Source of the DNA: Schmidtea nova
Taxonomy: Eukaryota
DNA length: 64,000 bases
Direction of reading: 5' to 3'
NCBI GenBank assembly: GCA_044892505.1
Contig: CM097883.1
Span: forward strand, 408,456,001 to 408,520,000
This document shows positions 23,221-35,680 of this stretch, in pieces. The notes under the pieces were generated by a model. It was given only the letters and a program-made list of their open reading frames with translations. It was not told the origin of the DNA and ran no database searches. The position numbers and the translations under genes were made by a program. Position 1 is the stretch's first letter. Every line of letters starts with the position of its first letter.

Positions 23221-24560
23221 ATGAAAAGATGTGCCTAATATTTTACGGAGAATACAGTGATGATTACGCAATACTTAATGAATGCAAGCATGAGCTGTGC
23301 AAGGAGTGATCCGCTGAAATCACCTTCAGATCGGAGCCTCGCTGTCCACTTGACAGAAATTCAATTCAAACAAATCCTGTCACTTCAACTGCCACCCTGA
23401 CTACCATCCTCGATTTCAATTGTTGAATACCAAAACGCAATTCTCAATTTAAAACCGAAGCAATTGATGGGATAAATTGATAATATTTGGTCAAGTTATT
23501 TCACGGATAATGACAGTTTTTACATTTGATGCAGAAATTGACGGAAAACTGCCGAATTCTGCACAAAAATTGACTTGAACAAAATATCACAATCGGAAAT
23601 GAGGAAATTTCAATGATTTCAGACTTTCTGGACTACTTTAACAAAGCCTTCAGGAATTTCGAGGACTTCTCATCACTTGAAATTGAGAAGAAAGAGGTCT
23701 TTGAGAGATGAATTTATTCGTTGTCAGAAACTGCAAACAGTCTGTGCCTCATCAACCTTATCAATATTGATAAGGTACGTCGTAACTTATTCTTCACAAA
23801 ACTGAACAGCATACGATTTTAAACGTAATCTGGTTCAAGAAAACATCAATGTTCTACAAAACGATCTGGACCTGATAGAATAGTTGAAAATGTATGATAA
23901 TCGAATTGGTAACGAACAACGAAGAGACTTAAAGAAACCTGGAAAAGACAATTAATTTTACTGATGTCGATAAATGTTTGATCTGCACAGAAATGATCGA
24001 TGCAAAACGCTTTGCCGGATTTCCGAAATGTGATCACAAAATATGTTTAGCTAACATAGATAAATTCATCATTACCCATGGTAGTTGTCCGTTTCATGAG
24101 TGTCATTTGTTCAATCTTAAGGTGTATAGAATTTCAAAACTGTTGTATTTTATCGAGAGATTTGGTGTAGAACTTCAAGGTAAACCTTTAAATCACAAAA
24201 AGATAAGAATGTGGATAACGTCGATAGTATTTGCGTTCCGGAATTTACCCAAGTCCGCTTTCTATCATTTCCACGTTCAACGTCGGTCAAAGTTTTTTCT
24301 TGTCAATTACTAGTATGTTTGCAACGAAATTCTCTCAGAATTCTCCTTTTACTTCAATCTATCCAGAGATGGGGGTAATTCTCTGCGATTTAATAAAACT
24401 TACAGAAGGTTACGATCCTTTCTCATATCACTTGTCGAGGTTCGAGAATTATTTTCGGAAATTTAATATGGACAAATCAAAATTGATATCAGACCTAGAG
24501 ACACTTCTCCATTTTGGGGGATATCTGGCAATTTCTCGATAAATGGTTCCCCGGTCCCCA
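23221..24560 (+). pseudogene. Degenerate, apparently intronless ORF with two RING-finger-like motifs
   Basis: MCLIF...ECKHELCKE*...RCPLDR (23.23-23.36 kb) and KCLICTE...KCDHKICLAN...SCPFHEC (23.97-24.11 kb). Confidence 0.55.
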
Positions 24561-24662
24561 CTTTATCCACAGCTTCAGTCATTATCAAGGAGAACAAATT
24601 GAGAGATTTTATCCGATCGGAAAGCCAATTCGAAAATGAAAATATTTTTCTTCAATTTTTAA

Positions 24663-25027
24663 CCCTTTCAGGACGGGCGTACTATATATAGTAACTCAAA
24701 TATCTTGAGAACGGATTAACAATTTTTTTATTTAGGAATCGTTTGGATGATAATTAAAAGATGCACATTTTGATATATAGCATGACCTACTTTGAAAAAA
24801 TTAAAAAATTTTGATATTTTTTCCTATTGTAAAATCAAAGAAAATGAAGTTTGTACAACAGGATCAAAAAAACTTGCAAATAAGCGATCAAGATTTGAAT
24901 GTAATGATTGTGATGTTGAGTTGTGTGTTGTTGATTGTTTTGAAATTTAGCATACAAAAATAAACTTTTGAAAAAAAACACTTATTTTTTTAAAAACTTT
25001 TTTTTAAAAAATCCCGTCCTTAAAGGA
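24663..25027 (+). mobile_element. piggyBac-derived MITE (365 bp)
   Basis: TTAA TSDs; TIRs CCCTTTCAGGACGGG and CCCGTCCTTAAAGGA. Internal remnant RSRFECNDCDVELCVVDCF of the piggyBac C-terminal Cys-rich domain. Confidence 0.88.
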
Positions 25028-25717
25028 TTAAAGAATTCGAAATTAATATTCGATAACTTTACACAAAATTATAATTGTTTATCAAATAGAAACGACATTT
25101 CCTGACAGAGGGAATAATTGCGATTGAGCAAGATGAAATGTACATCCTATAATACGGGAAATGCAGCATTTCTACATAAACTGCAAGTTAATAAAATTGT
25201 TTATTCTAAATAAATATTTTTAAATATGTTTGGCAAACGTGATGTTTTTATTTGAGATTATATCCAAATGTTTTTGCGATCCCCACAAGTAACACGGAAT
25301 TCGTAAGAATGCCAAAAACAAATTGTTGACAAAGTCTGAAAAATATTTTGAAATTTAAAATTTTCACTATTACGCCTTCCACTTACAAAGCCACCTACGT
25401 AGAATATTGATTTAATTATTAAAATTTTACGTTGTTTTTTTCTAAAAAAAACTTTCTCGTGCAAATTGACACACAATTTTTAATTCCAAAATTGTCTGCT
25501 TCCTCATTTCCAAAAAAATATATTTTAAAATCTTTTATATTATTTTATTAATTTGTTTCTATTTAATATTTATTCTCCAAAACATCTATATCCAAATTGG
25601 CCGGTTCCAAATATTTCTGGACTTTAAAACATAAATTCTTACTTGACTACTTACCATTTAATACAAAAATATTTTCATTAATAAAGACAAATGATGCCAA
25701 TTATTATCAATATTAAA

Positions 25718-26927
25718 CAGGGCCGTAACAAGGCATTATTGCGCCCTGTGCGGTTCACATATCTGGCGCCCCCAGCACACGAATTCAAAACAGCCTAATC
25801 TAATAATTATAATGTTCATGTTAAGATTGTTAACTATGTATTCATCTCCAGCTATTGTAATAGATAGTAAGGCTCTTAAAATTCTGTTGCTAATTGAAAA
25901 AATGACAAGAACCAATTTTGTGGACTAAAATTTTACAAAATGAAACTTTTATTTTTCCATGCTTTATATAAGGTTGCTTTCTATATATATATGTGTGTGC
26001 CACAAAATTACAAATCAATTTTTAGTGCTTTTCTCTCAACCGATTCACTTCAAATTTTACACACTTGCTCACTTCCGGTGACAATACATGGAAATTGATA
26101 AATTTGACCAAAAAAAGTTAATTAAGTTAACTAAATAACAATTTGAATTTCCCCATACATTTAACAATGGACGAGATGTAAATGTGTTGGTGTCTTCAGA
26201 GAAATTTTGCGTGTAAATGTAATATAAATTATTGTTCGAATCATCTCAAGTGAAATTTTTTTTTAATTTTTTTAATGCTTTTTTTTGCTTTTTTATTTAA
26301 TTAATTTAACTTTTAATATAAAAATAAATGTTTTGAAAAAAAATTTGAAAACAAATTTTTTTTTAAAAATTTTTTTTGAGGACACACGAAAAATGTAATA
26401 TAATTTTCCTTTCTACAAAATATAACAAAAAAAAATTTCTCAGCCAAGTGGAGTTCTGCTCGCATAAAGCATGGATTTGAAAAAAGAATTTTTTTTTGAT
26501 TTACTAGTTATCATCAGCTAGCTGGTATAGTAATGGAGTTGTAAGATTTTATAAACAATATTATATAACCAGCTTATTCAAACCTATTTAATAAAAATTT
26601 TGCGAGCTTTTGATGATGCAAAATCGTCAATCGTTGTCAGTTCAAAGAAATTGCAAAATAAATTTCAATTGACACACTTTATCAACTTGTCAAAAGTTCC
26701 AAAATACACACCTACGAAGGCACGCTAATGGACCAGTCCAACCAGTAATGTTAAAGATAGGCTATCTAGGGTGTCTTTTTTTACGAGCATGCTATTTGAT
26801 AATTTTTTTATTAATATTTTTTTATTTTTTCGAAACATTAAAAAAATTTTGCATCCCAATTTTGCGCCCCTTTCAGGTGTGCGCCCTGTGTGACTGCACC
26901 GCTTGCACCACCCTTGTTACGGCCCTA
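25718..26927. mobile_element. hAT MITE with 8-bp TSD ATATTAAA, containing a nested HINE-like element (25955-26509)
   Basis: TIRs CAGGGCCGTAACAAGG and CCTTGTTACGGCCCTA. The paralogous empty site near 15990 has a single ATATTAAA. Confidence 0.9.
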
Positions 26928-27013
26928 ATATTAAATATTAAAATGGAAATCTGCTAAAAAATCAAGTAAGAAAAATGATCCCAAATCCATTTTTATTGGA
27001 AATTCGAATTCGT

Positions 27014-28730
27014 TTAATTCTTTTCTACAATGCATTTGATAACAATACATTCCTTCCTACACAGATTTCCATTGGATGTCAACTCACTGAATTTGACAAA
27101 TTTATATGCAACAATGGCTCCATTAAAATCGTAAACTGGCTTATAAAATCTATATCTATTATTTTCAGAAGCATAACTGACATTATATGTTTCGCTAACA
27201 TGAATTTCATTGGATTTCTGATTAACCAATCCAATCGTCACATTCCTCATCATTGGCCAAATCAAATCCTTGTCGTATTCACCTTGCACCAAATGAAATC
27301 CAACGCACAGCCAATCATTTTGTGACACATTTGAACCGTCAGGAAAAAGAGTCAAACAAAGTTTATATCCATTCACGTGTGAATAAAATGAATCACTTAA
27401 AATAAACGAATCGCAGACATTTTTCGCTGTATTTTTTTTAGCGGAGAAATTTTCGATTCTCCAAATAAATGGGGAATATCGTACACCGTTTATGATATTT
27501 GTACATTCGATAATGGGGTACTGAATTTCATTTTTGATTTTAGTGCAATCAGTTAATTGGTCATTTGCTGACGAGGCACCAAGGTTGGTCTAAAGGAGAA
27601 CATTATTATTTGATGTAATCATTTTTGTTTGGTACAAACATTTTTTCTTTCTTTCTGTTCTTCTAATGATTCATTTGTAAGTTTATATAGTTGTTGTGTC
27701 AGACAATTAATTTGAGTCTGAATAAATGGTTATTAAATTTAAATCAAAGATTAAAATGTAACAGAAAATAAAAAATGCAGAATTTCTTAAACTTTCTTTG
27801 TTTGCTAATTCATTTTTTCATAGAAATTATTTAAATAAGGAGAATATATATATATAGTGCCTCAGACATTCCAATTTAATATTTACATTAATTTAATAAT
27901 TAAATTATTAATGTGTTATTAATTTAAATAACTTCTTTAAAAAAACCTTGTTTAAATATTCATAAAAAATTCACTTTTTATCTTCTCAAAAAATCACTGC
28001 CGAAACATTCCAAATAATTCCAATTATCGAATCTGCTCTACAATCCGATGCAATTACCGATAAACTCAAGATGGAAGAGTAGTCAACCTGAAATCAAATT
28101 ACACTAATTTCAACATAAAAGTTGATATTCCATTTTACATATACGATGTAGTAATGGAGAACAAAAGCATTCGTACTAAACTAGACTTACTATTATCTCT
28201 TGTTTACAGTAAAAACAACAGTCAACAATTTTGTTTTGACAGAAGACGGCTGTTTATTACACCCAAATGGTACCTAGGCAAAGATGCTGAAAACTTTACA
28301 ATCAACAATGTTGAAATATCGATACAATGTCAACTACAATTTTGAAGAATTCCAAAGAATATTTCCAAATGATCTATATTGTCTTTAACAATATTCAGAT
28401 ACTCATGGCGCAAGGAAATATCAAGAGACAGTTTTTAACGGGCTTAGTCAGAAAGTAGAGGGATTAAAATTGTATCAAAGCTTTCTAAAAATGGAAAACT
28501 TCGAGATATTAGGAGGATATTCTACTACAATTACGAGAGGAACAAATGAGAATGGAACCGAATCAACTTTGTTGTACCGTGTTCTCAATAAAAACAGTCT
28601 CATATCAGTTTATAGACCAGATCAAATCAATCTATTAATCGGTAGAGATATCATAATGAAGTACAACAACAAGACGACTAAATCCGTTGATTTGAATAGA
28701 ATGTATTTTGTCATTAATCTTTTCCTTTTC

Positions 28731-28769
<39 letters not shown>

Positions 28770-29705
28770 CAGGTTTAGTCAAAAGTTATTCATGTTTTTA
28801 TGTGAATATTTTATTTACACTAATTTTAACAAACACTAATCATAACAATAATCTATAACGCCAATAATATGATTATTGTTTCTAAAAATTATAAGTTAAA
28901 AATCATTATTCTGTAAAATGTTATAAATTATCATTAAAACTCACTTTCCTAAAATTATAATATAGAAAAGATAATAAACAAAAAAATGGTTAAAATTTAA
29001 AACTATTTATTATGTTTTAACCATGTTTTAAAGCTATTTTAGCATATTTTAAATTTATTTAAAATTTAAAATTAAATATTAATTATATATACTTACTTAT
29101 AGGTTAAAAACCCATTTGACAACCAAATTCTTGATAATCTTCATCCTGTTCCACTTCAATAAATATTTTTTTTCCTGTACTGTATGTCTATGAATGTTGA
29201 AAATTCAAATTTATTTTACGTTTTTCGACGTTTTCCTTCTACCGGTTCGATTGGTTAAGGCATAATAACTTTATTTTCTGCATTTCTAAAAATATTTTTT
29301 TAAATTTTTTAAATATAATTGTAAATTTTCATTTCTCCTTGATCATCTCCTATAAATGGTATTGTTGATTCCGACGAAGCTTCTAAAATGTCTTAGTAAA
29401 TCATTTTATTTTCTGTTTTTATATTCCTTAATTAAAGATTGTCAATTAATATTTGTCCCTGAATTTTTTATCATAGGGTTTTTGTGTGTTTTGTAAACCA
29501 AATTTATTTTTCAGCTCTTCTACACTATAAGTCTCTAATTTATCACTGCACATAATTTGTGTCCTTATATTTTTTCCTATAATTTAAATTGTTATTATAG
29601 ATAACCTTAATTGTTGTCTATCTCGTCATTAATTTATGCTCTTTAGTGTATATATAATTCGAAATATTGATTTTGATTTATAAATAATTATATAAGATAA
29701 ATATT

Positions 29706-29771
<66 letters not shown>

Positions 29772-31024
29772 AGCTGATATATTTCAAAGAGTTAAATAAC
29801 GGTCTTTTATCTGATATAAAGGAAGAGTTATTTAATTGTTGCTAGGCAATATTTGACCAATTTTTATAAATTCATTTCCATAATAGTAAATATTTTCTTT
29901 CGCATTTCCATTTTTGCAAAAGATATATTTATAAATAAATATATAAATAATAGATTTTTCCATGAAATTCATTTTAAATATATATATTTCGGCGTATAAG
30001 ACGACCCTTAAAGTCAAAAATCACCCTTGAAAATTGTGGGTCGTCCTATACAACCGATATAAAAGAAAGTATTACAGTACAAGATGTATTTATACTAATT
30101 TATGCATATCTAAAACCCATCAAATTCATCACCATCATCACCGTGATTGCTCTAATTTTGTACCTCGTCTTATCTGACGGTCGCCTTATACGCCGAAATA
30201 TACGGCAAATTCCCAATATTCACGGACAACTCAGTTTTGTAGGTCAAGTGCAAATTAATAATTTAATATAATAATTATACTATTAATATATCAGTAAAAA
30301 TACTTCTTTTTTGCTAAAGGTTTTCTTGAAATTTTTCAATTCATTAGTCAAATTTGCAACTTCAATTTTCAAATATTTGACGACATTTTGATTTTCTTTA
30401 GTTTCTCTTTTTAATGTTTCAATAGCTTCCTCATTTCTACTGTTGGTAATTCTTGCATTGTCCAATAATTTCTGTGTGATAAGAATCACTTCGTCTTTTC
30501 TCAAGCACGCCTCTCGTAAAGTAGCGATATCATTCTTCATGTTCTGAATGGAATCCATCAACAGTGATGCATGATTCCCGTGTTCAATATCCATGTGATT
30601 GTTAATTGTGCCAATAATGATATCCCCTTTACCGCATCCTATATCAAAATATGGACACTTGATTTGATGGGACTTGATGTGGATTTCCATTTTTCTTATC
30701 TCGTCTTTGAATTGACAAGATGGATCTGGACATTTCACAGATACTTTTGATATTTTAACGTTTGCTACATGGTCGACTTGTACGTCAAATATGCTTATTA
30801 ATTGCTCTTTACAATCCTCTCCTTTGCCTGGACACAATTTTTTTTTTATATTCTAGATATTTCTCAATACAATTATAACAATATCGACAGCCACAACAGC
30901 TCTGATGGGCATTAACTAAAAGTCTTTTACACATGACACAAATTAGATCACGGGAGTTTTTTGCTGTTACTTCAAAATTATACTTTACCAACAAATCCCA
31001 TAAATTATCGTGTTTAGAATTCAT
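27014..31024 (-). CDS. TRAF-like gene, RING-ZnF-coiled coil-MATH: exons 31024-30304 (1-nt frameshift in an A10 run at 30838-30847), 27717-27640, 27589-27014; ~457 aa if corrected
   Basis: RING CVMC...CCGCRYCYNC, TRAF zinc finger CPDPSC..H..CPYFDIGC, coiled coil. Phase-0 donor after KKE at 30303, CAG acceptor at 27718, 50-nt second intron, intact MATH exon. Confidence 0.8.
29150..29650 (-). mobile_element. Diverged partial copy of the Tc1-like element at 40684-41762
   Basis: Ends TTAATTTATGCTCTTTAGTG-TA (left TIR-like); internal similarity to 6170-6410. Confidence 0.6.
29980..30205. mobile_element. pogo/Tc2-like MITE
   Basis: Inverted termini TATATTTCGGCGTATAAGACGACC and GGTCGCCTTATACGCCGAAATATACGG. 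Confidence 0.65.
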
Positions 31025-32066
31025 TGGTAAAAATTTAAATCAAAATTAATCGATATTAAATAATATATATTTACCACAAATTTGAAAATAGTCGACAACA
31101 GCGCGAGACCTTGAAATCAGTCAATTGATGTAAATGTAGAATGAATTATATTGAAAATTTAATTTATCATACTAATTTAATTATTAAATTCAATGATTAA
31201 TAATAAATATAAAAATTATTAACAATTCGATATTTTTAAATCTTAAATTAAATATCTTTAAAAAATTTATAACTGTAAAATTTTGTGATGATAAAATTTA
31301 CAATAAAAATGAAAATTTATCCATAGTAGATATGTAATCGTGTAAATTCTGAAACAATAGACTCAACTTCGATTAAAAATAATTACAATATGTCGACCTA
31401 AATTAAAAAGATAATTAATAAAAGAATGTATTAAGTTGATTGCAAATCACTTACCAATCATTTAAAATTAATTGAAAAAACACGCAATCAAAGTGATTAA
31501 TAACAACTATTTGATACTTATGCTTCACTAATTGCTTAAGAACACAATTTCTTGCCATTGCTATTTTACTGTTCATATCCATTGACCCTTAAACTTAAGT
31601 CTCATTCCATTAGATGGAATACATGTGACTCGAGTTGGAAAAGACTGGGTGTGCCGTATTTTGTAAAAGAAATTGCTTCGGTGTTTGAGAATAAGTCAAG
31701 CTACAAATTCATTATTTTAGACATCTACTTCATTATTGTCCCGGACTTCTAATTCGTGACAATCTTTTGATGGGGACAAAATTATATGCTCTTACTGGGT
31801 TGTTGGCGTTGCTGTGACTCATCATTAACAACACAACACATAAAACATTTATCAAAACCCTCTTATTGCCAGTCACAGTGTAACGTTGGTAATGCAACAA
31901 ATGGGTGGATGTCCCCAAAACAGTGAGCGTCGAAAAATCGAAACTATGAATGATCGAACATCACAGTGGGTTCAAGAGCGACTCATAGAAGGTTCAATGC
32001 CCATTTTTAATCCCTCATTATATCATAATTATGTCTAATTTATCATCCATCTACATCTATAATTTT

Positions 32067-33092
32067 TGTTGGGTTCTGGGGTGTTGGTGAAATGGTAAAA
32101 GTTACCAATCAAATATCTTACTCCAAGCGTGCCTTCTAATTGACCACAATAACTATTAACACTGGAAAATTTTATTGAATACTACAAATATTTTCTTTAA
32201 CACTGAATTGACCAAAATCAACAAACCAGCAACTGATTATACGGTGCTTTTTACGACACGATGGTGAAAAATAGCACTTTGTATAATCTTGGTTCAAACG
32301 ATCACTCACCACTGAGGGGTATAACAATTGGTAATTTTGCTGGTTGTCTTCTGGATTTGACTTGGATTTACTGGTTGAGTTTTACTCTATTATTAATCGA
32401 TGATAACGGGTTTCACTCAATTTTCTGTCACGTCCCTTATTTCTGATTTAAGATTTCGTCGGATTTTATTCGAATTATTTTCTAAACTTCTCTTCCAATT
32501 TTCTCTGGCCTCACACAATCTTTTAATTTCTCCAATGATTTACTCTGTATTTTTCTTTAACCGTTTGTCGGTAATGTTCTGTTTAATTTGTCTTTCGTGA
32601 TTTTCTCCCGTCAAATGTTCTGTCTAAAATCTTCTGCAAATCTTCTGATTATTATGTTCTGACTATTTCTGCTGCGCTTCCTCTTTTTATACCTCGTCAA
32701 TTTGTGGCACTTAAGTTTGTTTTTCATTTACCCTTTTTCCTCCACATAATTCCCCAACATTTTTCTGCAACGGAGTTATCTCTGACAGCTGTCAAGAACT
32801 TCTCTGTTTTCCTTTTTGCCACTCCGGCCTGTTTTCTTTTCGTTTTTTATTATCTTTAACAGGCTGTCGAGATTTTTGATTTTTGTTTTTCCCGATTTAA
32901 ATTCCTTTTCCTTTTGCATTAATTAATTAGTGCTGACCTTTGTTTTTTGTTTTCTTGTCTGATTTCTCTTTCTCGTTTCTTTTTTTCCCGTTTTATTTCC
33001 CGAGTTCCCATTAGTCATCTCATTTGTCATGACGATTTTCCCTCAGGTAATTTTAGGTAATTTTTTTTAATTTTTAATTTCCCTCAGGTAAC
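32067..33092 (+). mobile_element. Gypsy-type LTR-like sequence, right end joined to family A repeat
   Basis: Starts TGTTGGGTT like 55407. Shares CACTC..TGAGGGGTA.AAC and GAGTTCCCATTAG motifs and a pyrimidine-rich body with the solo LTR at 55407-56263. Confidence 0.5.
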
Positions 33093-34007
33093 GAAATCCA
33101 TAATCCCCAATTGAAAATGCTCTAAAACTCGAGTACAGAAAAGACGGTCAGTCTTATCCAAAGTATGTGGCATTACGCCCATGACATTTGAAATATTAAA
33201 CGAGTATAGAACACAAATCAAAAGAAGAAAATAAACACCATCAACAACCACATCAGTTAATTTACTTAAACCGCAAAAAATGAGGCAAACACACGGACTC
33301 AAAACTCTCATACTCACATATTCACAAACAACGATATGACTGAAAACAACGCTAAATCCCATTAATTGACTCCGCTCTGAAACTCGAATACAGAGAAGAC
33401 GGGTAGTCTTTTCCAATGTATGTGGCATTTCACCCATGACGTTTGAAAATATAAACGAGAACAGAGCAAAGAACAATACAGAAAACTTAGAATCGCCAAC
33501 AATCACATCAATTAATTCATAAACAATAGAATAAGACAACTGTGGTTGTAGATGGTGTTTATTTTCTTCTTTTGATTTGTGTTCTATACTCGTTTTATTT
33601 TTCAAATGTCATGGGCGTAATGCCACATACTTTGGATAAGACTGACCGTCTTTTCTGTACTCGAGTTTTAGAGCATTTTCAATTGGGGATTATGGATTTC
33701 GTTTTCAATCATTCTGTTGTTTATAAATATGAAAATATTTATAATATATTCTTAAAAAAAATATTTTTTTGTATAAAAATAAAAGAATATTATATTTTTA
33801 AGATTAATTTATTTAAATTTAAAAGTTTTTAATCGATATAAATTTTTTGACTATAATAGAATTTAAAATATATATTTTATTTTAAAAGTTAATACTAATT
33901 TGTTCGAATAAATCGATTTACGTGATTTATATTTCGATGTAAGATTGGGTAGCACCTGATGAAGAGAATTAAGTTCTCGAAATATATTGTGCAAAATATA
34001 TATTTGG
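33090..34007 (+). mobile_element. Family A Penelope-like/retrozyme-like repeat with an inverted 5' segment
   Basis: 163-bp inverted arms 33090-33252 and 33541-33703; continues into an AT-rich stretch and a hammerhead; colinear with 47540-48250 on the minus strand. Confidence 0.7.
33952..33992 (+). ncRNA. Minimal type I hammerhead ribozyme (family A)
   Basis: GCAC-CTGATGA-A-GAGAA/TTAAG/TTCTC-GAA-ATATAT-T-GTGC: helix I GCAC/GTGC, helix II 5 bp, palindromic helix III, predicted AUU cleavage site at 33988. Confidence 0.8.
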
Positions 34008-35002
34008 NNNNNNNNNNNNNNNNNNNNNNNNNNNNNNNNNNNNNNNNNNNNNNNNNNNNNNNNNNNNNNNNNNNNNNNNNNNNNNNNNNNNNNNNNNNNN
34101 NNNNNNNNNNNNNNNNNNNNNNNNNNNNNNNNNNNNNNNNNNNNNNNNNNNNNNNNNNNNNNNNNNNAGCATTAAGTATTAAATTAATTAATAAATAAGT
34201 AACAAAATAAGCCGTTGCTGCAAAAATAATTTTCTCACTTAATAAAATTATTTTTGCAGCAACGGNNNNNNNNNNNNNNNNNNNNNNNNNNNNNNNNNNN
34301 NNNNNNNNNNNNNNNNNNNNNNNNNNNNNNNNNNNNNNNNNNNNNNNNNNNNNNNNNNNNNNNNNNNNNNNNNNNNNNNNNNNNNNNNNNNNNNNNNNNN
34401 NNNNNNNNNNNNNNNNNNNNNNNNNNNNNNNNNNNNNNNNNNNNNNNNNNNNNNNNNNNNNNNNNNNNNNNNNNNNNNNNNNNNNNNNNNNNNNNNNNNN
34501 NNNNNNNNNNNNNNNNNNNNNNNNNAAATTTAATTATTTTGGAATTTTTTTGATGAGGTCGAGATAACCGGAAGGTACCTTTTTTAATAATGAAAATGAG
34601 CAAAAATTGGCTGTTCATAACTTTTACCTAAAGGGTGCCATTCTGAAATGTTGCGGGGTCCTCCTAAAAGCCTGAGACGGCTATGCACCGTTGATTGAAT
34701 AGTATGCCAACATGAAATATACTTTTCTCTACATTCTAACATCGAGTTTGTCACGCTGCTTATTTATATTTTTAAATTAAATTCAATTTTTTGTCAAATT
34801 TAGTTTATTAATTGTCCCATTTATTTCGTTTATATTTCCTATGAAAGCGTCCGTCAGGGTATTTATAGCATAGCACCAAGTGCAAATACTTTTTGGCACT
34901 GTTTCCTCAGTGTGGGATCCTGCACCCAATAAATAATTTATTTCTTGATCTATTTTTTCCATAGGTTCCTTTCTTTCATTAATTATCGCGCATTTTTAAA
35001 TG

Positions 35003-35067
<65 letters not shown>

Positions 35068-35244
35068 CATTATTGCATCCCTCCATGATTACATTATTTC
35101 ATTTTCTATGTCGTGTTTGAAGTTTGAAGACGTGTGACAGTCTGGCTGTCAATCTATTGGCCACCCAATGACCATTTAACACAGACGCCAGTCTGTCAGT
35201 TATACTCTATCAATTTGTATTTACTTTCATTGTAATTGTACAAA

Positions 35245-35680
35245 ATGCATTTAATAATCTACGTTGCTCTTCTCATTTCAGGTAAATAATTTTCTTGTCA
35301 AATAATTTGGGTTTCATATCCCTCTAGTATCCCATTTGTCGTCTGGCTCCATAAAATGTTACGAATACAACCGCAATTCTTCGGATTGTCTCTCATGCAT
35401 TGTTAAGTGATTTGTCAAGTTTGACATTGATATTCTGAACATTTTTCTATTTCAGAGGATGTCTCAATGGAAAGGAAGTCAAGAAACCGTAACGTTGTTA
35501 TGCAACAGATTGACCACTTGTGAGCTATTCCAGTGGGACCGTGAAGCCAAAGACGTCAAAGAATATGCTGGATGCTGTCAAACGAACTTTTGCAATTCAT
35601 CGGAATCTTTATTAACATCTGTTTGTGTTTTCATATCGACGGAGATTATTTTTCTTTTTTTAACATTTTACTTATTTTAA
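35245..35680 (+). CDS. Ly6/uPAR three-finger, predicted GPI-anchored protein, 111 aa; exons 35245-35281, 35328-35401, 35456-35680
   Basis: Hydrophobic signal peptide, IKCY start, 8 Cys ending CCQTNFCN, hydrophobic C-terminal tail; 46- and 54-nt GT-AG introns. Confidence 0.82.

Noticed and set aside
28000-28750. Degenerate coding-like stretch inside the TRAF intron
   Set aside because: Fragmented frames with no recognisable domain.
33084-33832. 173-aa and 96-aa hydrophobic ORFs (also 6622-6825, 47774-48031)
   Set aside because: They arise from non-coding repeat family A and its inversion junction; frames are not conserved as a unit between copies.
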